DNA from: an uncultured Acidobacteriota bacterium
GTDB lineage: Bacteria; Actinomycetota; Acidimicrobiia; Spongiisociales; ZC4RG35
Assembly (NCBI GenBank): GCA_963828465.1
Contig: CAWHEU010000007.1
Span: forward strand, 1-64,000
DNA length: 64,000 bases
Direction: 5' to 3'
Position numbers and translations under genes: made by a program. Below are positions 60,544 through 64,000 of this stretch, in pieces. Positions within the stretch are counted from its first letter, which is position 1; each line of letters begins with the position of its first letter. The notes beneath the pieces are model-generated. The model had not been told where the DNA came from. It did no database searches and was given only the letters and a program-made list of their open reading frames with translations.

Positions 60544-61633
60544 CCTGTCGGTAGATGTCTTCGATGGCTTGGATCATCGGTTCCAACCCGTATTCCTTCT
60601 CCACCATGTCCTGGGCCGCCTGCCCGAGGCGCTCGGCGAGGAAGGGATCGTTGAGCAACTTCTCGATCCCGGCAGCGAGCGCCTCCGGCTCGTTGGGCTC
60701 GACGAGGATCCCGGTCTCGCCATCCTTGACGATTCCAGGCACGCCGCCGGCGGCCGCCGCTACCACAGGTCGGCCGAGGGCCATCGCCTCGAGGATGGCT
60801 ACCGGCAACCCTTCGACGCTCGACGGATTGACGAAGATATCGGCCGCCGCCACAAAGCTCAGAGCATCGGTGCGGCGACCCATGAATCGGAGATGGTCCT
60901 CCAGCCCGGCCTCGATGACGCGGTTGCGAACTCGGTCGAGGTCGCCCGGGTACTTCTCGCCGCCGATCGAGACGAATTTGACGTTCGACATGCGCTGATG
61001 GAGATGGGCGACGGCGTCGATCAGGACATCGTGTCCCTTGCCGGGCCGGATGTTGCCTACATGGGCCACAAGCGGATCGGAGGGCGACAGCCTCAACTCC
61101 TGGCGAGCGGCCACGACCTCCTCCGGCTCAACGTGGACGGCCACGCCGTTGGGGATGACGAGCGGCGGCTCGCCGGGCCATGTGCTCACTGAGCTGGCGA
61201 CGGCCCCGGAGACAGCGGTAGCCGCGGCATTCCGACCATATGTGACGCGGTTGAGGAAGCGGGTGATCGGCCGATAGGAGTCGGCCATGTTGTGCTCCGT
61301 GTAGACCACTGGAACGGGGGAGGCGATGCGCGCCACTATCCCCATCGTCGGAAGATGGGCATGGATCAGATCGACGTCGAGATCCTTCACCAGGCTGCGA
61401 AGTCGACCGAGGGTGGGCGGGGTGAGCCCGCGCTCGCCTCCGATCATGTGCACTTCGACGCCCTGATCCTCCAGTGCGCCAACAAGCTGGTCCTTCCACG
61501 GGAGCACGTAGGCGACCGTGTACCTGAACGAATCCCGATCCCAGAACCGGGCTCCCTCCGAGATCAGTTTCTCCGCACCTCCGATTCCCAGACCCTTGAT
61601 CAGGACGAGGACCCGGATTTTCTCCGAGCCCAC
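60530..61633 (-). CDS. GT4 glycosyltransferase
   Basis: GGAE, HAHLP, YTEH, IPNGV, EGLPVAILEAM. Confidence 0.92.
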   Translation of the reverse strand: MGSEKIRVLVLIKGLGIGGAEKLISEGARFWDRDSFRYTVAYVLPWKDQLVGALEDQGVEVHMIGGERGLTPPTLGRLRSLVKDLDVDLIHAHLPTMGIVARIASPVPVVYTEHNMADSYRPITRFLNRVTYGRNAAATAVSGAVASSVSTWPGEPPLVIPNGVAVHVEPEEVVAARQELRLSPSDPLVAHVGNIRPGKGHDVLIDAVAHLHQRMSNVKFVSIGGEKYPGDLDRVRNRVIEAGLEDHLRFMGRRTDALSFVAAADIFVNPSSVEGLPVAILEAMALGRPVVAAAAGGVPGIVKDGETGILVEPNEPEALAAGIEKLLNDPFLAERLGQAAQDMVEKEYGLEPMIQAIEDIYRQVVRG

Positions 61634-61634
61634 C

Positions 61635-62513
61635 TCAGCCCCGATCGGCGGAGAGCAACTCCGCCATGCCCTCCTCGAAGCTCACTTCGGTCTTCCAACC
61701 AAGCTTCTCCTCGATGCGGGCCGCCGAAACGTAGGACGGTGGCACGTCGCCGGGTCTCGGTTGCCCGTAGGTCACTTCGGTGGGGAAGCGCTCGGTAACC
61801 ACATCGGCCAACTGCTTGATCGAGATCATCTCGGGCGACACCACGTTGAGGGCGATTCCTCTGATGTCGCTCTTGGCGGCGGCGGCGAAGGCGCGGCCGA
61901 TATCGCGGGCGTGGGTGAACTGGCGGCCCTGCGACCCATCACCCTGGATGGTGATCGGCTCGCCTTTCCGGGCCTTCTCGATGAAGATCTCGAAGACTGA
62001 GTTCGGTCGCATCCCGAGGCCATAGGCGGTGCCCAACCGAAGAGAGACGACGGGGACGTCCCGGAGCCGGTCGGCGGCAACAAGCATGCGCTCGCCTGCG
62101 AGCTTGGTGATGTTGTACGGGTGGTCTGGCTCGCAGGGGTGTTTCTCGTCGACCGGCTCGTAGACCGGCTCGCCGTACACCTCCCACGTCGACGCATACA
62201 CCACGCGCGCACCTGCCGCCTCGGCGGCGAGGGCGATATTGGTGCTTCCGGTGACGTTGACCGACGCGGCCAGCTCCGGATTGGTGGCGGCGAGGTACAC
62301 GTCCCCGATCGCCCCTATGTGAACAATGACGTCATGAGTCCGGACGGCGCCGTTCAGCGTCTCGAGATCCAGAAAGTCGCCGACGACCGATTCGACGCCG
62401 GGCTGTGCGGATTCCTTTTGGTCGAACCCGGTGACCTCGAATCCGTCGTCCAACAATGCTCGGGAGACATGCGTGCCTATGAAACCCGCAGACCCCGTCA
62501 CCAATGCCTTCAT
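61635..62513 (-). CDS. NAD-dependent epimerase/dehydratase
   Basis: TGSAGFIG, ASTWEVYG, YNITK, GDGSQGR, RPGD. Confidence 0.9.
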   Translation of the reverse strand: MKALVTGSAGFIGTHVSRALLDDGFEVTGFDQKESAQPGVESVVGDFLDLETLNGAVRTHDVIVHIGAIGDVYLAATNPELAASVNVTGSTNIALAAEAAGARVVYASTWEVYGEPVYEPVDEKHPCEPDHPYNITKLAGERMLVAADRLRDVPVVSLRLGTAYGLGMRPNSVFEIFIEKARKGEPITIQGDGSQGRQFTHARDIGRAFAAAAKSDIRGIALNVVSPEMISIKQLADVVTERFPTEVTYGQPRPGDVPPSYVSAARIEEKLGWKTEVSFEEGMAELLSADRG

Positions 62514-62656
62514 GGTGAGTCCTCCCTCTGATTACCCCACTGAGGTCGAGAAGAATAACACGGAGCGTGATACTGGCTCAAGAGGCACGGCCTGCCATGT
62601 CCTCCCAGACCACGGAATGATCGTGCAAAATCCAGAATTGGAAAAAAATCGAATTA

Positions 62657-62675
62657 CGTGCTGGTAACCAGCACG
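62657..62675. promoter_or_regulatory. Perfect palindrome in a divergent promoter region
   Basis: CGTGCTGGT-A-ACCAGCACG next to an A-tract. Confidence 0.5.
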
Positions 62676-62855
62676 CTGAGTGGTTAAGGTATCGAACGGG
62701 TCGGGCGTTTACATCGCTTCGGCAGGGGTTGGGGGACAAATCGGTTCAGTCGGTTTCGATCCCTGACTGGATTTCTGGGAGGCATTACGGATGATGCCAA
62801 GGTGGCGCTGGCCGCCGCGCACATCCGACTGGGACAAAAGAGGGCGGATGCCGTG

Positions 62856-64000
62856 ATGAAGCGGTTCACCGGGAAGTTCGGGGTTAGTTCGTTCGGGGCA
62901 CGAGTGGCGACACTGCTCGCCCAACTTCGTGCCGATATCTCGTTCGCATTCGTGGACGCGATGGTCATCGCCGTCGCCTATCTATCGGCGCTCGGTGTCA
63001 TGTCACTCGACGGGGGGCTCCAGGGCGTCTGGTGGGCGAGAGTGCTCGTCGCCCTGCCGGTCATCATCGGGATCCATCTCGTCGCCAACGTCGCGATGGG
63101 TGCCTATGGCCATGTATGGGAGTTCGCAAGCATCAGCGAGGCCCGGCGGGTCATCGCCGCCACCTTCTGGGCATCGTCGGCCTTGATTCTCATCGTCCTC
63201 GCCCTCGGCGACTACGAGTTGATCGAAGGGCCAGGTAACCGGGCATTGCCGCTCACGGTTCTGATCCTCGGGTCGATGATCTCGCTCGGCTTCCTCGGAG
63301 CGGTCCGCTTCCGCTCCCGTCTCTTCTCTTTCCACCGCGGTTTGAGGCTCGACGCCCGGGACCGGGTGCTAATTCTTGGCACCAGCAAGCGCGCCGCCGA
63401 TCTAGCTCGCTACACCGGCCCATACGAGGTCGACGTCGTCGGCTTTGTCAGCTCCGGGCCAACTACGAAGGCGAAGCGTCTGGCCAATCTGCCGATCGTG
63501 GGCGAGCTCGAGGACATCGCATCGCTGGTTACCGCATTGAACGTCCAGCAGGTAATCGTTGCCTCCGAGGGTGCGAGCGTCCTGGCCCGTCGGCTGGTCG
63601 ACCTCTGTGTCGACATCGACGTAAGGCTGAGGATCGTCCCCGACCTCGACGAGTTGCTCACCGGATACGACGGAGGTCCCGACATCAGGGACTTGGAGAT
63701 CGAGGACCTCTTGCTCCGCCCGTCGGTCACTACTGACCTCGAGGCAGTGGAGTCGATTCTCTACGGCAAGACGGTGCTGATCACCGGCGCCGGCGGATCA
63801 ATCGGGTCCGAGATCGTGAACCAGGTGCTCCGTTTCATGCCCGCCAGGGTCATCGCCATGGACCACGACGAGACCCATCTTCACGACAATATGGTGAAAT
63901 GGGATGCGCCCGCCGGAACCGAGTTGGTCCCGGCGCTCTGCGACGTCCGGGACAAGAAGCAGCTCAAGGCCCTCGTCGCCAAGTACCAGCCGCAGGTCGT
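62856..64000 (+). CDS. CapD/PglF-type nucleoside-diphosphate sugar 4,6-dehydratase (3'-truncated; absent from ORF track)
   Basis: Hand translation: 4 N-terminal TM segments, IRDLEIEDLLLRP, VLITGAGGSIGSEI, CDVRD. Confidence 0.9.
   Translation, partial: MKRFTGKFGVSSFGARVATLLAQLRADISFAFVDAMVIAVAYLSALGVMSLDGGLQGVWWARVLVALPVIIGIHLVANVAMGAYGHVWEFASISEARRVIAATFWASSALILIVLALGDYELIEGPGNRALPLTVLILGSMISLGFLGAVRFRSRLFSFHRGLRLDARDRVLILGTSKRAADLARYTGPYEVDVVGFVSSGPTTKAKRLANLPIVGELEDIASLVTALNVQQVIVASEGASVLARRLVDLCVDIDVRLRIVPDLDELLTGYDGGPDIRDLEIEDLLLRPSVTTDLEAVESILYGKTVLITGAGGSIGSEIVNQVLRFMPARVIAMDHDETHLHDNMVKWDAPAGTELVPALCDVRDKKQLKALVAKYQPQV

Overview
High-GC actinobacterial chromosome segment. Gene order and the Cys-containing SLH-like repeats suggest Acidimicrobiia, which is an inference. 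The sequence is probably an incompletely polished long-read consensus, because essential genes (rplE, rplF, rpsE) carry single-base indels. 1-18.8 kb is core genome: the distal S10, spc and alpha ribosomal operons (rpsQ to rplQ, with infA missing from its usual slot), coaA, truA, ilvA, rplM-rpsI-glmM, a clear glmS ribozyme and glmS. From 18.8 kb to the window end lies a >45 kb surface-glycan locus. It encodes nucleotide-sugar enzymes, five GT4 glycosyltransferases, two initiating transferases, a heparinase II/III-like protein, a Wzy-like membrane protein and GNATs. It also encodes an atypical sulfotransferase, four APH-fold kinase or pseudokinase genes, an ABC-2 exporter, a phytase, a DNRLRE-metallophosphoesterase and an SLH-LRR protein. 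A MarR/F420-enzyme pair and an Rrf2/TauE module interrupt the locus. The best candidates for novelty are the kinase/sulfotransferase/phosphatase glycan-modification system, the glmS ribozyme in this lineage, heptamer tandem arrays inside the ribosomal operon, and a readable Rrf2 operator pair. No CRISPR array, tRNA, rRNA or transposase was seen.
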